Positions 8,881 to 20,295 of a stretch of 64,000 nucleotides of DNA are shown one piece after another. This DNA comes from an uncultured Gemmatimonadales bacterium (GTDB taxonomy: Bacteria > Gemmatimonadota > Gemmatimonadetes > Longimicrobiales > Gaopeijiaceae), in the NCBI GenBank assembly GCA_963809895.1, contig CAWELD010000003.1:2400001-2464000 (forward strand). The letters are read 5' to 3'. Below the pieces are notes generated by a model that saw only the letters and a program-made list of their open reading frames with translations, was not told the DNA's origin and searched no databases. How positions within the stretch are numbered: the first letter of the stretch is position 1; each line of letters opens with the position of its first letter. A program made the translations under genes and the position numbers.

Positions 8881-9509
8881 CTCTCCCGGGCCCCGGACCA
8901 GCGCACCCCCTCCTCGAGGAGAGCGTCCGCGAGTGCTTCGGGCCCTGTATAGTGAATGGTGCGCATGCCGAGCCTGCGGGCGGGCACCAGGTTCTGGTCA
9001 CGGTCGTCGATGAAGAGCGTGGCGGCCGGCTCCGCCTGCGCCACTGCCAGCGCCATCTCGTAGATGCGCCGGGCCGGCTTGGTCACGCCCAGGAAGCAGG
9101 AGCTGAAGAACGCCTCGAACACCGGTCGCAGCCCGAAGGCGCGAATGCGGTGCTCGTTGAGCTCCGCGGACTCGTTGTTGAGCGTCATGAGGCGGTAGTC
9201 CCCCGAGCGCGCCAGCCGCCGGGCCAGCGCGATGGTCTCTTCGTGGGGACGGCTCCGCCCCATCATGAAGCGCCAGAAGTCCTCCCGGGAAAAGTCCCGG
9301 GGGCGGTGGAACACGGTGGCGTCCAGGTACTCGTCCAGCGTCATCTCCCCTTGCTCGAAGGACCCCACAGCCTCGCGGTGGAGCTCGTCGTACACCTCGG
9401 CATCGAGGTCGAAGGTCTCCACCGCATCCGCCCGGGACACGTGGTCCCAGCCGTTGGTCCCCAACACGCCACCGACGTCGAAGAAGATGTGGGTCAGCTG
9501 CATGGTCAT
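8877..9509 (-). CDS. HAD family phosphatase
   Basis: FFDVGGVL motif I, TKP, FIDD; 4-bp overlaps with both neighbours. Confidence 0.9.
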   Translation of the reverse strand: MTMQLTHIFFDVGGVLGTNGWDHVSRADAVETFDLDAEVYDELHREAVGSFEQGEMTLDEYLDATVFHRPRDFSREDFWRFMMGRSRPHEETIALARRLARSGDYRLMTLNNESAELNEHRIRAFGLRPVFEAFFSSCFLGVTKPARRIYEMALAVAQAEPAATLFIDDRDQNLVPARRLGMRTIHYTGPEALADALLEEGVRWSGARER

Positions 9510-10492
9510 CCCTGTGGGTTCAGCGCCGCGACCGCCGCGCCCAACAGCCCGACGTCGGCGTTCATGATGACGTGGACGGGGGTGCGCTCCAGCATCTCGG
9601 AGAGGCGCCCCTTGGTTCGAAAGGCCTCGAGAAAGCCCAGTTCCACCAGATGGTCGGCCAGCCGCGGCACGATGCCTCCCGCGAGGTAGACGCCCCCGGT
9701 GGCCAGCACGGTGAGCACGAGGTTGCCCGCCTGGGAACCCAGGCTGCCCACGAAGATCTCCAGCGTCTTTCGACAGAGCGGGTCGTCGTCGGCCAACCCG
9801 TGCCGCGAGATGACCGCCGCCGGGTCGTCCGAGGACATCTCCCGGCGTACCGCGTCCCGCTCCGAAGCCCATTCCAGCGCGACCAACGCCCGATAGACGT
9901 GGCCGAGTCCCGGTCCGGAGACGATGCGCTCGTAGGACACGTGGGGATGCGACGCGCGCAGCCACGCCAACACGCGATCCTCGAGCTCGTTGCGGGGGCC
10001 GAAGCTCACGTGCCCTCCCTCGGAGTGGACGGGGATCCAGCGCTCGTTCCGGCGGACGACGAAGCCCTCGCCGAGCCCGGTGCCGGGACCGATGAGGGCC
10101 CGGGGAGCCGCAGGCGAAGACGCGCCCTCCTGCAACGTCGTCAGGTCGCCGGGCCCCAGATGCTCGACCGCGTATCCCACCGCCTCGAAATCGTTGATGA
10201 TGCGGGCCCCGGGCAGCCCGAGGCGCTGGGCCAATCCCTCCACCTTCACGCCCCAGGGCAGATTCGGCGCCCGGCACTCCCCTTCGCGGATGCGACAGGC
10301 GATGCCGAAGCACGCCGCTTGCGCCGCTCCGCCGGTCTCGCGGAGGAAGCGCGCCACCAGGGCTTCGAGACCATCGGCCTCGGCGCTGGCGTAGCTCGCT
10401 CGTTCCAGGATCCGGGGACCCGCGCCATCGGCCCCCTCCACCAGCGCGAGACGTGCGTGCGTGCCGCCGATGTCTCCGGCCAGGACTCTCAC
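9506..10492 (-). CDS. glk: Glucokinase
   Basis: LAGDIGGTHARL, INDFEA, GPGTGLG, SEGGH, ERIVSGPGL, GGVYLAGGI; GTG start. Confidence 0.93.
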   Translation of the reverse strand: MRVLAGDIGGTHARLALVEGADGAGPRILERASYASAEADGLEALVARFLRETGGAAQAACFGIACRIREGECRAPNLPWGVKVEGLAQRLGLPGARIINDFEAVGYAVEHLGPGDLTTLQEGASSPAAPRALIGPGTGLGEGFVVRRNERWIPVHSEGGHVSFGPRNELEDRVLAWLRASHPHVSYERIVSGPGLGHVYRALVALEWASERDAVRREMSSDDPAAVISRHGLADDDPLCRKTLEIFVGSLGSQAGNLVLTVLATGGVYLAGGIVPRLADHLVELGFLEAFRTKGRLSEMLERTPVHVIMNADVGLLGAAVAALNPQG

Positions 10493-11199
10493 GGGTCCCC
10501 TCCGGCGAGGCCGCTCGCGGCGGCAGCGTCGACGATCCAGATGCCTCGCCGTGCCAAGCGCGCCGGTGTTTCCGCAACGTCGCCCTGGGGAGCGAGCGCA
10601 GCCCGCACCGCCACCGCCTTGCTCGCCCCCCGGACCAGAACGAGAACCCGGCGGGCGGTCTCGATCACGGGGGGCGTCACGGTGAGACGGGCGCGCGGCT
10701 CGAAGGGCGCGTCCGCCGGCAGCACCAGCCGGGTCGTCTCGGACAGCGCCGCACCCCCCGGAAAGAGCGAAGCGGTGTGGCCGTCGGGCCCCACGCCGAG
10801 GATGAGCAGATCCAACCGCTCCGGAAGCGCAGCCTCGTAGGCCCGAGCCGCCCGGCGCCGGTCGGGGTCCTCGCCACGCATGCGGTGCACCTGCTCCGGC
10901 GGGACCGGTACCCGGTCCAGGAGCGTGGCCCGCGCCATACCGAAATTGCTGTCGCCATCCGCGGGGGGGACGCAGCGCTCGTCTCCGAAATAGACGTGCA
11001 CCCGGGACCAGTCCGCGGCCTGAAGGCGAGGCGACCGAGCCAGGGCACGGTAGACGGGCCGCGGGGTGGTGCCTCCGGCCAGTGCCAGATGGCACGCGCC
11101 ACGCTTCTCCCACGCCTGCTCCATGGCGTCGACGATCTCCCGGACCGCCTCGTCGACGAAGACCCGATCGGAGTCGAGCACACGGGTGTCGGGCTTCAT
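10489..11199 (-). CDS. pgl: 6-phosphogluconolactonase
   Basis: LAGGTTP, FGDERCVPP..DSNF, LGVGPDGHTASLFP. Confidence 0.95.
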   Translation of the reverse strand: MKPDTRVLDSDRVFVDEAVREIVDAMEQAWEKRGACHLALAGGTTPRPVYRALARSPRLQAADWSRVHVYFGDERCVPPADGDSNFGMARATLLDRVPVPPEQVHRMRGEDPDRRRAARAYEAALPERLDLLILGVGPDGHTASLFPGGAALSETTRLVLPADAPFEPRARLTVTPPVIETARRVLVLVRGASKAVAVRAALAPQGDVAETPARLARRGIWIVDAAAASGLAGGDP

Positions 11200-13898
11200 G
11201 CGTCGGCCGCCGGCTTCGAGTCGCGTCGCCGGGCCACGTCCTCCAGGCACCGCAGCACCAGGGCGGTCCAACCGGTCTGATGGCTCGCACCGAGGCCGCG
11301 TCCGGTGTCGCCGTGGAAGTGCTCGTAGAAGAGCACCAGATCACGCCACAGGGGATCGTCGCGGTAGCGCAGCTCGTCGCCGTGGCTCGGCCGCCGCCCG
11401 TCGGAGTCCGGAACGAACAGCCGTGTCAGTCGGCGATTGAGCTCGCCGGCCACGGCATCCAGGGTCATGCGCTTCCCCGAGCCCGTGGGGCACTCGACCT
11501 CCAGGTCGTCACCGTAGAAGTGGTGGTAGCGCTCCAGGGCCTCGATGATCAGGTAGTTGACCGGAAACCACACGGGCCCGCGCCAGTTGGAGTTTCCGCC
11601 GAAGAGGTGCGAGGTGGATTCTCCCGGCTCGTAGGCGACACGATGCTCCTCGCCACCCAGTTCCAGGACGAAGGGATCCTCGGCGTGGGCTCTGGACAGC
11701 GACCGGATCCCGTACGGAGAGAGGAACTCGTCCTCGTCGAGAAGGCGGGACAGGATGCGCTCCAGGCGGCCACGCGTGGGAACCGCCAGCAGGCGTCGCG
11801 GTGACGAGCGGGGTCCGCCGCGGGCCAGACAGGTGATGCGCTCCGCCAGCTCGGGCCTCACCCGCAGCAGCCACTCCCTGCGAGCCGAGAAGTCGGACAG
11901 CCGGGCCACGACCTCCTCGTCCATCACGTGGCAGGCCACCATGGGCAGGAGCCCCACCAGCGAACGCACTCGCATGGGAATCTCACGACCGTCCACGTAG
12001 AGTCGGTCGTAGTAGAAACCGTCCTCCTCGTCCCAGAGCCCGCTGCCGCCCAGGGTGTTGATGGCCTCGCCGATGGCCAGGAAGTGCTCGAAGAACCTGG
12101 ACGCCATGTCCTCGTAGACCGGATCACCGTCGGCCAGCTCCACGGCCATGGCGAACATGGTGAGGCAGTAGAAGGCCATCCACGCGGTGCCGTCGGCCTG
12201 TTCGAGCCGCCCACCGCCGGGTAACGGACGGGACCGGTTGAAGACCCCGATGTTGTCCAGACCGAGGAAGCCGCCGGCAAACAGGTTCTGGCCGTCGGGG
12301 TCCTTGCGATTCACCCACCATGTGAAGTCCAGCAGGAGCTTCTGGAAGGCACGGGCCAGGAAGGCCCGGTCCCGACCCCCGCGAGGCCCGGTCATCTTGT
12401 AGGCCCTCCAGCAGGCCCACGCGTGGACCGGCGGGTTCACGTCGCCCAGGGCGTACTCGTAGGCGGGAATCTGGCCGCTGGGGTGCATGTAGGATTCGCC
12501 CAGGAGCAGCAGGAGCTGCGACCGGGCGAAGTCCGCGTCCAACGAGGCGTGGAGGAGGCTCTGGAAGGCCAGATCCCAGGCGGCGTACCAGGGATACTCC
12601 CAGGTGTCCGGCACGGAGACGACGCCGCGGTTGTACAGATGCCGCCACTCCCCATTGCGGACCGCGCCCCGACCGGGGGGCGGCGACGGCTGGGCGGGAT
12701 CACCGTCGAGCCATTCTCGAACCACGTAGTGGTAGAAGCGGGTGGACCAGAGCAGGCCGGCCCGGGCCTGGCGGGCCACTCGCGCCTCGTCGTGTGTGGC
12801 CGCGGCAGGGGTGCGATGGGCGTGCTCGCGATCGGCCTCGGCCACGCGGCGGCGCACGACCTCGTCGAACCCGTCGCCGAAGGGCTCGGGGGGCGCGACG
12901 GCATCGGCGCAGAGCCGAAGCCGGAGCTGCACCTCGGCGCCCGCCCCGATGTCCAGGGAGTGGTGGAACGCCGCCCGGGTGCCTTCGAGGTCGGGATTCA
13001 CGGCATCGGCACGCCCCTCGATCAGGTGGTCGTGAAAGGCGTCCTTCACCCACGGCGAGCCGTTCGCGGCCCCGAACAGCCGCCGCGCATTGGTCTCGTT
13101 GTCGGTGAAGAGAGCGGCCGGAGCTCCGCCGGGCCCACGGTCTCCGTGCAGGTGGTAGCGTCCCAGCGCCGGGTGGTCGGCCACCATGTGCCCGGACCCC
13201 GCCAGCCGGATGGCAGGCTTGGCCCAGTAGCCCGTCTCGCCCTCCCGACCCCACGCCCACGTGTTGCGGAACCAGAGCATGGGCAGCACGTGGAGCGTCT
13301 CGCGCCGAGGCCCCTGGTTGCGCGCAGTGACGCGCACCAGGATGTCGTCGGGCGAGGCCTTGGCGTACTCCACCGTCACATCGAAGAAGCGATTGCCGTC
13401 GAAGATCCCCGTGTCGAGGAGCTCCAACTCGCGGTCGGCGAGGCCCCGGCGCCCATTCCCCTCCACGAGCGCCTGATAGGGAAACGCGGCCTGGGGATAG
13501 CGGTAGAGCGCCTTCAGGTAGGCGTAGCCCGGCGTCGCGTCGAGGTAGTAGTAGCACTCCTTGACGTCCTCGCCGTGGTTGCCCTCCTGCTCGGTGAGCC
13601 CGAAGAGGCGCTCCTTGAGGATGGGGTCGCGGCCGTTCCAGAGCGCCAGGCCGAAGCAGAGCACACAATCCCGGTCACACAGCCCCAGCAGCCCGTCTTC
13701 ACCCCAGCGATACGCCCGGCTGCGAGCGTGGTCGTGAGGGAGGTAGCTCCACGCCGATCCGTCCGCGGAGTAGTCCTCCCGGACCGTTCCCCACTGGCGC
13801 GCCGGAAGGTACGGCCCCCAGCGCAGCCAGCGTGTGCGCTCGTCGGCGTCCTCGGTGGGACGTCGGGATTCGGGCGGGTCCTCGGCCAGGTCATCCAC
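11196..13898 (-). CDS. MGH1-like / GH63 glycoside hydrolase (glucosidase)
   Basis: WGPYL..RQWGTVREDYS, WEYPWYAAWDLAF, GNSNWRGPVW, GLGASHQTGWT; start codon uncertain. Confidence 0.9.
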   Translation of the reverse strand: MDDLAEDPPESRRPTEDADERTRWLRWGPYLPARQWGTVREDYSADGSAWSYLPHDHARSRAYRWGEDGLLGLCDRDCVLCFGLALWNGRDPILKERLFGLTEQEGNHGEDVKECYYYLDATPGYAYLKALYRYPQAAFPYQALVEGNGRRGLADRELELLDTGIFDGNRFFDVTVEYAKASPDDILVRVTARNQGPRRETLHVLPMLWFRNTWAWGREGETGYWAKPAIRLAGSGHMVADHPALGRYHLHGDRGPGGAPAALFTDNETNARRLFGAANGSPWVKDAFHDHLIEGRADAVNPDLEGTRAAFHHSLDIGAGAEVQLRLRLCADAVAPPEPFGDGFDEVVRRRVAEADREHAHRTPAAATHDEARVARQARAGLLWSTRFYHYVVREWLDGDPAQPSPPPGRGAVRNGEWRHLYNRGVVSVPDTWEYPWYAAWDLAFQSLLHASLDADFARSQLLLLLGESYMHPSGQIPAYEYALGDVNPPVHAWACWRAYKMTGPRGGRDRAFLARAFQKLLLDFTWWVNRKDPDGQNLFAGGFLGLDNIGVFNRSRPLPGGGRLEQADGTAWMAFYCLTMFAMAVELADGDPVYEDMASRFFEHFLAIGEAINTLGGSGLWDEEDGFYYDRLYVDGREIPMRVRSLVGLLPMVACHVMDEEVVARLSDFSARREWLLRVRPELAERITCLARGGPRSSPRRLLAVPTRGRLERILSRLLDEDEFLSPYGIRSLSRAHAEDPFVLELGGEEHRVAYEPGESTSHLFGGNSNWRGPVWFPVNYLIIEALERYHHFYGDDLEVECPTGSGKRMTLDAVAGELNRRLTRLFVPDSDGRRPSHGDELRYRDDPLWRDLVLFYEHFHGDTGRGLGASHQTGWTALVLRCLEDVARRRDSKPAADA

Positions 13899-13964
13899 AT
13901 CGGATGAAACCGGCGACGGGCCCCCGTGTTCCAGGGGCGGCACGCCGACGCGCCCCCGAGAGGC

Positions 13965-14810
13965 CTACAGTCCTTCCCGGATGAGGCGGCCGAAGGCCCC
14001 GTCGCCCTGGGCGAGCGCGGCCCGGGCCCGCTCGTCCACGCGGAAATGCCGGCGCGCTTCCTCCAGCGGCAGCTCGGTGTCCAGAATGCCGTGCTCCAGG
14101 GCGAGGCGGTCGGAGTACCCGGGGAGCACCACGCCCCATCCCCAGGGAAGCGGATCCTCGAGCACGCGGTTGACGTGGGTGCGCAGATTCGTGGTGCAGT
14201 TGTCGAAGAAGGTATTGTAGAACTCCGGGTGTACGCGCACGGCCTCGGCTCGGTTGAGCATGTCGACGAACAAGGCCTGCGCCTGCTCCGGCGTCGCGCG
14301 GGACGGATAGAGAAAGAGCCGGTCTCCGCGCACCGCCCTGAGTCCGATGATGTCCTGCTCGGTGGCGACCACGTAGGTGACTTCGAAGCGCCGCAGCATC
14401 CCCCCGATGAGCGAGTACTCCTCGCCTCGCTCCCGGCGAGCCTCCACCGAGATCGCGATGAAGCGGTCGCCGGTCAGCTCGAAGCTGAGGAGGCTGTGCG
14501 CCAGGCCACGGAACCGGGACGCGAACGGCGCCAGCACGAACCAGACGCGGCGCACGTCCGCCAGCTTCACGGTCTCCTCCCGGTAGGCCACCGTGAACTC
14601 GCCCCCGGGACGATGGCGGAAATCCCGCAGATTCTCGATGCGCACCTCACCGTCACCGAAGACGATGCGGGCCGGCCGGGCCTGGTCCACCGCCCAGTCC
14701 CGGTCCGCCCGCGGCGTGCGGCGCGCCACGACCACCGCCGTGATCCCGGCGACCAGCACCAGGATCACGGCGGCCAGCGCCGCGAGCCGGGCTACCGTAT
14801 GCCCATCCAC
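13965..14810 (-). CDS. DUF4105 / Lnb N-terminal-like membrane-anchored protein
   Basis: N-terminal TM helix, AHSLLSF, SVEARRE.GE.YS, FYNTFFDNCTTN. Confidence 0.82.
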   Translation of the reverse strand: MDGHTVARLAALAAVILVLVAGITAVVVARRTPRADRDWAVDQARPARIVFGDGEVRIENLRDFRHRPGGEFTVAYREETVKLADVRRVWFVLAPFASRFRGLAHSLLSFELTGDRFIAISVEARRERGEEYSLIGGMLRRFEVTYVVATEQDIIGLRAVRGDRLFLYPSRATPEQAQALFVDMLNRAEAVRVHPEFYNTFFDNCTTNLRTHVNRVLEDPLPWGWGVVLPGYSDRLALEHGILDTELPLEEARRHFRVDERARAALAQGDGAFGRLIREGL

Positions 14811-17624
14811 CGGTCCTCGAGGACCGTGACGGTGGTCGACAGCTCACGGCCGTTCGCCGACAGCGTGACCCGGTAGACGCCCGGATCGGCGGTCGGCGCC
14901 CGGTTGCGGCCGAATCCGCCACCTCCCTGCCCCTGGCCCCGCTGCGGCGGATCGCCGCGCAGGTCCCAGCGCACCCGGTTGAGGCCCGCGCGCCCGCTGG
15001 CGTCCAGATGCCGGAACACCTCACCCGTGATCGGATCGGAGACGGTCAGGGACACGTCGCCCGAAGCAGCCTGCGGCAGATAGTAGTGGATGGCGGTACC
15101 CTCCGGCGCGTTCTCGCCCTCCCAGTTCTTGTTTCCGGTGACCGAGCGCGACTGCGTGATGTCGTTGTTCCACAGCACCGCGTCACGGGGATGGAAGAGG
15201 TGCGTGCCCGCGGACCGCACCGAATCGGTGAGCTCCTGGAGCGCCGTGACGTCGTCCATGATCCACACGCTCCTGCCATGGGTGGCGAGCACGAGATCGT
15301 CGTCGCGGGGATGCACCAGGACGTCGTCGACCCGAACCGTGGGCAGGCCGGGCATGAAGCGCTGCCAGTGGCCACCCTCGTCGCGAGAAACGAAGAACCC
15401 GAACTCGGTCCCCAGGTACAGCAGCCGGGGATTGCGCGGATCCTGGCGCACGGTGTGCACGTTGCCCGTCGCCGGAAGATCGGAGGCGAGGGAGGTCCAG
15501 CTGCGCCCGTAGTCCCGGGTCACGAACACGAACGGTGTCAGATCGTCGCTGCGGTGTCCGTCCAGCGACGCATAGGCGGTGCCGGGGTCCACGTGCGACG
15601 CCTCCACCCGCGACACGTAGTACTGGCGCGTGCCGCCGGGCACGTTGGCGCCCACTTCGGCCCAGGTCGCTCCGCCGTCACGGCTCACCTGGATGTTGCC
15701 GTCGTCGGTGCCCACCCACAGGAGACCCGGAACGATGGGCGACTCGGAGATCGTGGTGATGGTGCTGTAGCGGCTGACCCCGTCGTTGCGCGACAGGATG
15801 CAACGGGTGCCGCGCACGTCCTGGTCACAACGCGGCAGCGAGTTCGGGTAGCCCATGATCTCCACGGCGTCTCGATCGACATCCTTGGTGAGATCCGGGC
15901 TCATGGTCCACGTCTCACCCCGATCGGTGGAGCGGAAGAGGTGATTGCCGCCCACGTAGATCGTGCTGGGGTTGTGGGGCGAGAGCATGAAGGGCGTGTT
16001 CCAGTTCCAGCGCACCTGCGTGCCGGCGGGCGGAGCGGGCACGATGTTGGTCTCCGGATCGTCCTCGTCCGGCGGGCTCGGGCGGATGCTCTGCGACTCG
16101 CCGGTGCGCAGATTCAGCCTCCGGACGTTGCCGTTCTGGGACTCGGCGTACACCACCGTGTAGTCCGTGGGATCCACCGCCGAGTAGAACCCGTCGCCAC
16201 CGCCCACCCGGTACCAGTCCTGGGCCAGGATGGGCCCGCTCCGCACCGAGCTCGGTCCGCACCAGCTCCCGTTGTCCTGGAGGCCGGTGCACACGTAGTA
16301 GGGGCGCCGCATGTCCACCGACGCGTGATAGGGCTGCCCCACGGCCCAGCTGCGCAGGGATTCCCAGTTCTCCCCCTGATCCCAGCTCACGTCCACCGAG
16401 CCGTCGTTGCCGATCATGAGGTGGTCGTGATCGTCGGGGTCGACCCAGAAGGCGTGCTGATCCACGTGACCGTAGCCCTCGAGCTGCTCGAAGGTCACGC
16501 CGCCGTCCCGGGACTTGTGCACGTTCTGATCGACCACGTAGACCAGGTCGGGATCGCTCGGTGAGATCCGCATCTGGCTGAAATACATGGGGCGGCCGTT
16601 CTCGTTGCCGCGAAACTCCCAGGTGGCGCCGCCGTCGTCGGAGCGCCAGATGCCCGAGTAGTGCGGGTCGGGCGGGAGCGAGTCGGCGTCGTCCAGCCGC
16701 TCCCACTCCTCGCGCTCGGCGTCGGACAGGGGCTCGGCATCGTCGGCGGCCAGCCTCGATCTGGGCGTAGACCATGGCCGGGGCTGCCGGCGTCACCGCC
16801 AGGGAGATCCGGCCCATGGTGCCCTCGGGCAGGCCGTTCCCGCTGACGGGGCTCCAGGTGTCGCCCCCGTCGTCGGAGCGCCACAGCCCGCTACCCGGAC
16901 CACCGCCCACGAAGCAGCAGGCGGTGCGCCGACGCTGGTAGGTGGCGGCGAAGAGCACATCGGGATCGTCCGGACTCATGACCAGGTCCGTGGCACCGGT
17001 GTTCTCGTCCACGTACAGGACCTTCGTCCACGAGCGTCCGCCGTCGCTGCTCTTGAAGACGCCCCGCTCGGGGTTGGGGCCGAAGAGGTGCCCGTTGGCG
17101 GCGACCCAGACCACATCGGGATTGGTGGGGTGCACCAGCACGCGGGCGATGGACTGCGTCGCGTCGAGCCCCACGTTAGTGAAGGTCTCGCCGCCGTCGT
17201 CGGACCGGTACATCCCTCCACCGAAGGAGGAGCTCTGCCGGTTGTTGGACTCGCCCGTGCCCACGTAGACCCGCGACGGATCGGAGGGCGCGATGGCCAC
17301 GTCGCCCACCGAGTGGGTGCCGTGGGTGTCGAACACCGGGTGGAAGGTCACGCCCTGGTTGGTGGTCTTCCAGAGACCGCCGGTGGCGAAGCCCACGAAG
17401 AACGTGCGCGGATCACCCCGCACGGCTGCGATGTCGTCCACCCGCCCCCCTTGCCCCGCGGGCCCGATGGAGCGCCATCGGAAGGGCGACAGGATCGGAT
17501 CGTCGGTGGGATGGACCGTCGGTGCGTCCTCCATCTGTTGGCCGGCGGCCCGCAAGGGGCTCAGGGCCAGGAGGAAGAACGCGACGGTGGCGAGCGGTCG
17601 AAGGGTGAGGCTACGAACGTGCAT
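14792..17624 (-). CDS. Secreted BNR/Asp-box (VPS10/sortilin-like) glycosyl hydrolase, split by a +1 frameshift near 16753
   Basis: WRSIGPA..GGRV, repeated S.D.G.TW Asp-boxes across both ORF halves; removing one base after IE restores a continuous frame. Confidence 0.85.
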
Positions 17625-17725
17625 GGGCCGGTCCTCGTCCGGTGGGGGGCGGAGGGCACGGCCATAGTCGAACGGAGAAGGTCGGGGTGTCAAACGCGGG
17701 GCCCGACCCCGACCTCCCGTCGGCC

Positions 17726-18196
17726 TCAGCGCAGCGCTCGCACCAACACCCGATCCACCCTGCCGTCACGATTCACGTCGGTGAGCCGGGCCAGCGGACG
17801 CCCGCCTACCCGAACCTCCAGGGACAGTGCACGTCCCGCCGCCACCCAGCGGCCCTCGAGCGCTCCGCGTGCGGGGGCGTGACCGGCGACCAACAGACGC
17901 TCCAGCACCCGGCCCCCGAGCAGCGCGACCAGCCCGGCGTCGCGGTAGCCGGCGGCACAGCATGCCTCCCGCCGGAAGACCACGTCGTGCCAGACGACGC
18001 GACGCCAGAGCGACACCGGCGCCGGAGCGGGCCGGGGCGCCCAACCCTTCTGCACGCACCAGGCCCATCCGTGCGTCGGGTGTCCGGCGCCGGAGCGACA
18101 GAACGGAGGTCCGTTCCCGCGCCGGCCCTGGGCGGCGGCCGGCGCGTGCGACGCAAGGATCAACAGCGATGCGAGGATCACGGACGTGGCTTTCAT
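17726..18196 (-). CDS. Secreted hypothetical protein
   Basis: Signal peptide (AAAQ), GPPFCRSGAGHP..G..WC..KG motif, C-terminal DVNRDGRVD; GGAGG RBS. Confidence 0.65.
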   Translation of the reverse strand: MKATSVILASLLILASHAPAAAQGRRGNGPPFCRSGAGHPTHGWAWCVQKGWAPRPAPAPVSLWRRVVWHDVVFRREACCAAGYRDAGLVALLGGRVLERLLVAGHAPARGALEGRWVAAGRALSLEVRVGGRPLARLTDVNRDGRVDRVLVRALR

Positions 18197-18375
18197 GGGA
18201 CCTCCCGGCAATGGGGTTCGTCACCCCACCCACGCTCACGAACCGTGCCGGATCGGGTTGCCAGGCCCGGATTCCCGCGTCTCTTCTGGCATTTGGCCGT
18301 CACCGTCCGACGCCACAAGGCCCGCCGGAGCCGCGCTGGTGTCCTCTCGCGAGGACACCTCCGGGCCGGGGGTCG

Positions 18376-18813
18376 TCAGATCCTCTGGTGGTCCGCTCGC
18401 CACGCGCGCACGGCGCGCTTGATCGCTTTCGAATCCTGGATGCCCTCGTCGAGTACCCGGCGTGCCAGCTCGGGCAGCTCCTCGTCCGACGCGAAGCGGA
18501 GCGCGATGAGCTGGCGCACGGAAAGCTCCGGAATCCTGGACCGCAGGTCGTCGGGCAGGATCAGGTCGAGGCGGAGGCGCTCTTCCAGGCGGATGAGACG
18601 GTCCTGCACGCCCAGGGCGAACGTGCGCGCGAAGTACGCGGTCAGCGCGAGCGCCAAGAGCAGAAGCAGCGTGAAGAGACGATCCAGCGACGGGCCGTCC
18701 ACGAGGCGGTAGACCTGCCACCCCATGAGGACGAGGATCAGCGGCGAGGTGACGTAGTGGTAGAGCGGCACCATGCGCGCGTGGTTCGCGAAGGACTGGG
18801 CCGGTCGGCTCAT
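18376..18813 (-). CDS. DUF6526 family membrane protein
   Basis: QSFANH, QDRLIRLEERLR, QLIALRFASDEEL, IKRA..WRADH.R. Confidence 0.8.
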   Translation of the reverse strand: MSRPAQSFANHARMVPLYHYVTSPLILVLMGWQVYRLVDGPSLDRLFTLLLLLALALTAYFARTFALGVQDRLIRLEERLRLDLILPDDLRSRIPELSVRQLIALRFASDEELPELARRVLDEGIQDSKAIKRAVRAWRADHQRI

Positions 18814-18875
18814 GCGGGCTCCGGGGGATTCGGGAAAGGGACGGCCGCCATCGACATCATAGCGACGGGGCGCCG

Positions 18876-20268
18876 GTGCGGAAGACCCCGCCTCGCCTTA
18901 GCTTGCCGACCCCGATCAGCCCACGCGGGTCACCCCCACGTCTCCTGCACCCCCCTCGGCCCCTGCAGCGCCACACGCAACGCTCCATCGTCGCCTTCTG
19001 GGCACCCCTGGCCGCCACCTGGCTGATGATGTCGGTGGAAGGACCGTTCCTGGCCGCGGTCATCGCGCGCCTGGCGGACCCCACCTTCAACCTCGCCGCG
19101 TACGGGGTGGCGTTCGCCTTCGGCATCCTCACCGAGGCGCCGGTCATCATGCTCATGAGCGCCTCCACGGCCCTGGCGGAGGACGCCGACACCTACTACA
19201 GGCTCAGGAACTTCACCTGGGTCATCAGCGGCCTGGCGACCTCACTCCTGGTGCTCCTGGTCCTGCCGCCGGTGCACGAACTGGTCATGGTGCGCATCAT
19301 CGACCTGCCGCCCCGGGTGGCGGAGATCACCCACGGCGCGCTTCTCCTGCTCCTGCCGTGGCCGGCGGCCATCGGCATCCGGCGCTTCCTGCAGGGGCTC
19401 CTGATCCGGAGCGGGCGCACGCGATGGGTCGCCGCGGGAACCGTGATCCGGCTGACCGTGATGAGCTCCACGGCGCTGGCCCTCGCCACGCTCACGTCCA
19501 TGCCCGGCGCGTGGGTGGCCGGCGGCGCCCTGTCCGCGGGCGTGGTCTCCGAGGCCGTGGCCGCGCGGCTGATGACCCTGGGCACGGTGCGGTCCCTGCG
19601 CCGGCAGCACGGAGATCGCGAGCCCGGCGACGGGGACAGCTACCGGGGGATCCTCCACTTCTACATCCCTCTGGCCCTCACCTCCATGATCGGGCTCACG
19701 GTGCAGCCGGCGCTCACCTTCTTCATGGGGCGCGCCCGGGCACCGCTGGAGTCGCTGGCGGTCTTCCCCGTGGTCAACGCCCTGAGCTTCATCTTCCGCT
19801 CGTTCGGCCTGAGCTTTCAGGAGGCCGCCATCGCGCTCCTGGGTCGGCGCAACGAGCACCTGCGCGAGGTCGCGACCTTCGGCCTCGTCCTCGCCCTGGC
19901 GACGTCGGCGGGGCTGGCGCTGGTGGCCTTCACGCCCCTGGCCGGGGTGTGGTTCGAGACGGTGTCGGGGCTCACGCCCGACCTCACCTCCTACGCGCTG
20001 ATTCCCGCGCGCATCCTGGCGCCGCTGCCGGCGCTGTCGGTGGTGCTGTCGCTGCAGCGGGCCATCCTGGTCCAGGGCCGCCGCACCCGGCCCATCACCG
20101 GCGCGACCCTCACGGAGGTGACGGGCATCGTGCTCATCTTCGCCGTGTTCGGGTGGGGTCTCGATCTCGTGGGTGTCACCGCGGCCATCGTCGGCCTTCG
20201 TCGGTGGACGGCTGGGCGGCAACCTCTTCCTGGTGCCGAGCTGCCGCCGTGTTCTGGCGCGCCCCTGA
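18876..20268 (+). CDS. MATE-like multi-pass membrane transporter; frameshift near 20192
   Basis: FWAPLAATWLMM..EGP, duplicated helical halves; the +1 frame after 20192 gives AFVGGRLGGNLFL...* at 20268; start uncertain. Confidence 0.75.
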
Positions 20269-20295
20269 GACGTCGGTGCGGCCGGCGCCTCGGCG

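Noticed and set aside
16740..16760. Programmed ribosomal frameshift in the BNR hydrolase (and the other split genes)
   Set aside because: No slippery sequence or stimulatory structure; I know of no recoding in these families
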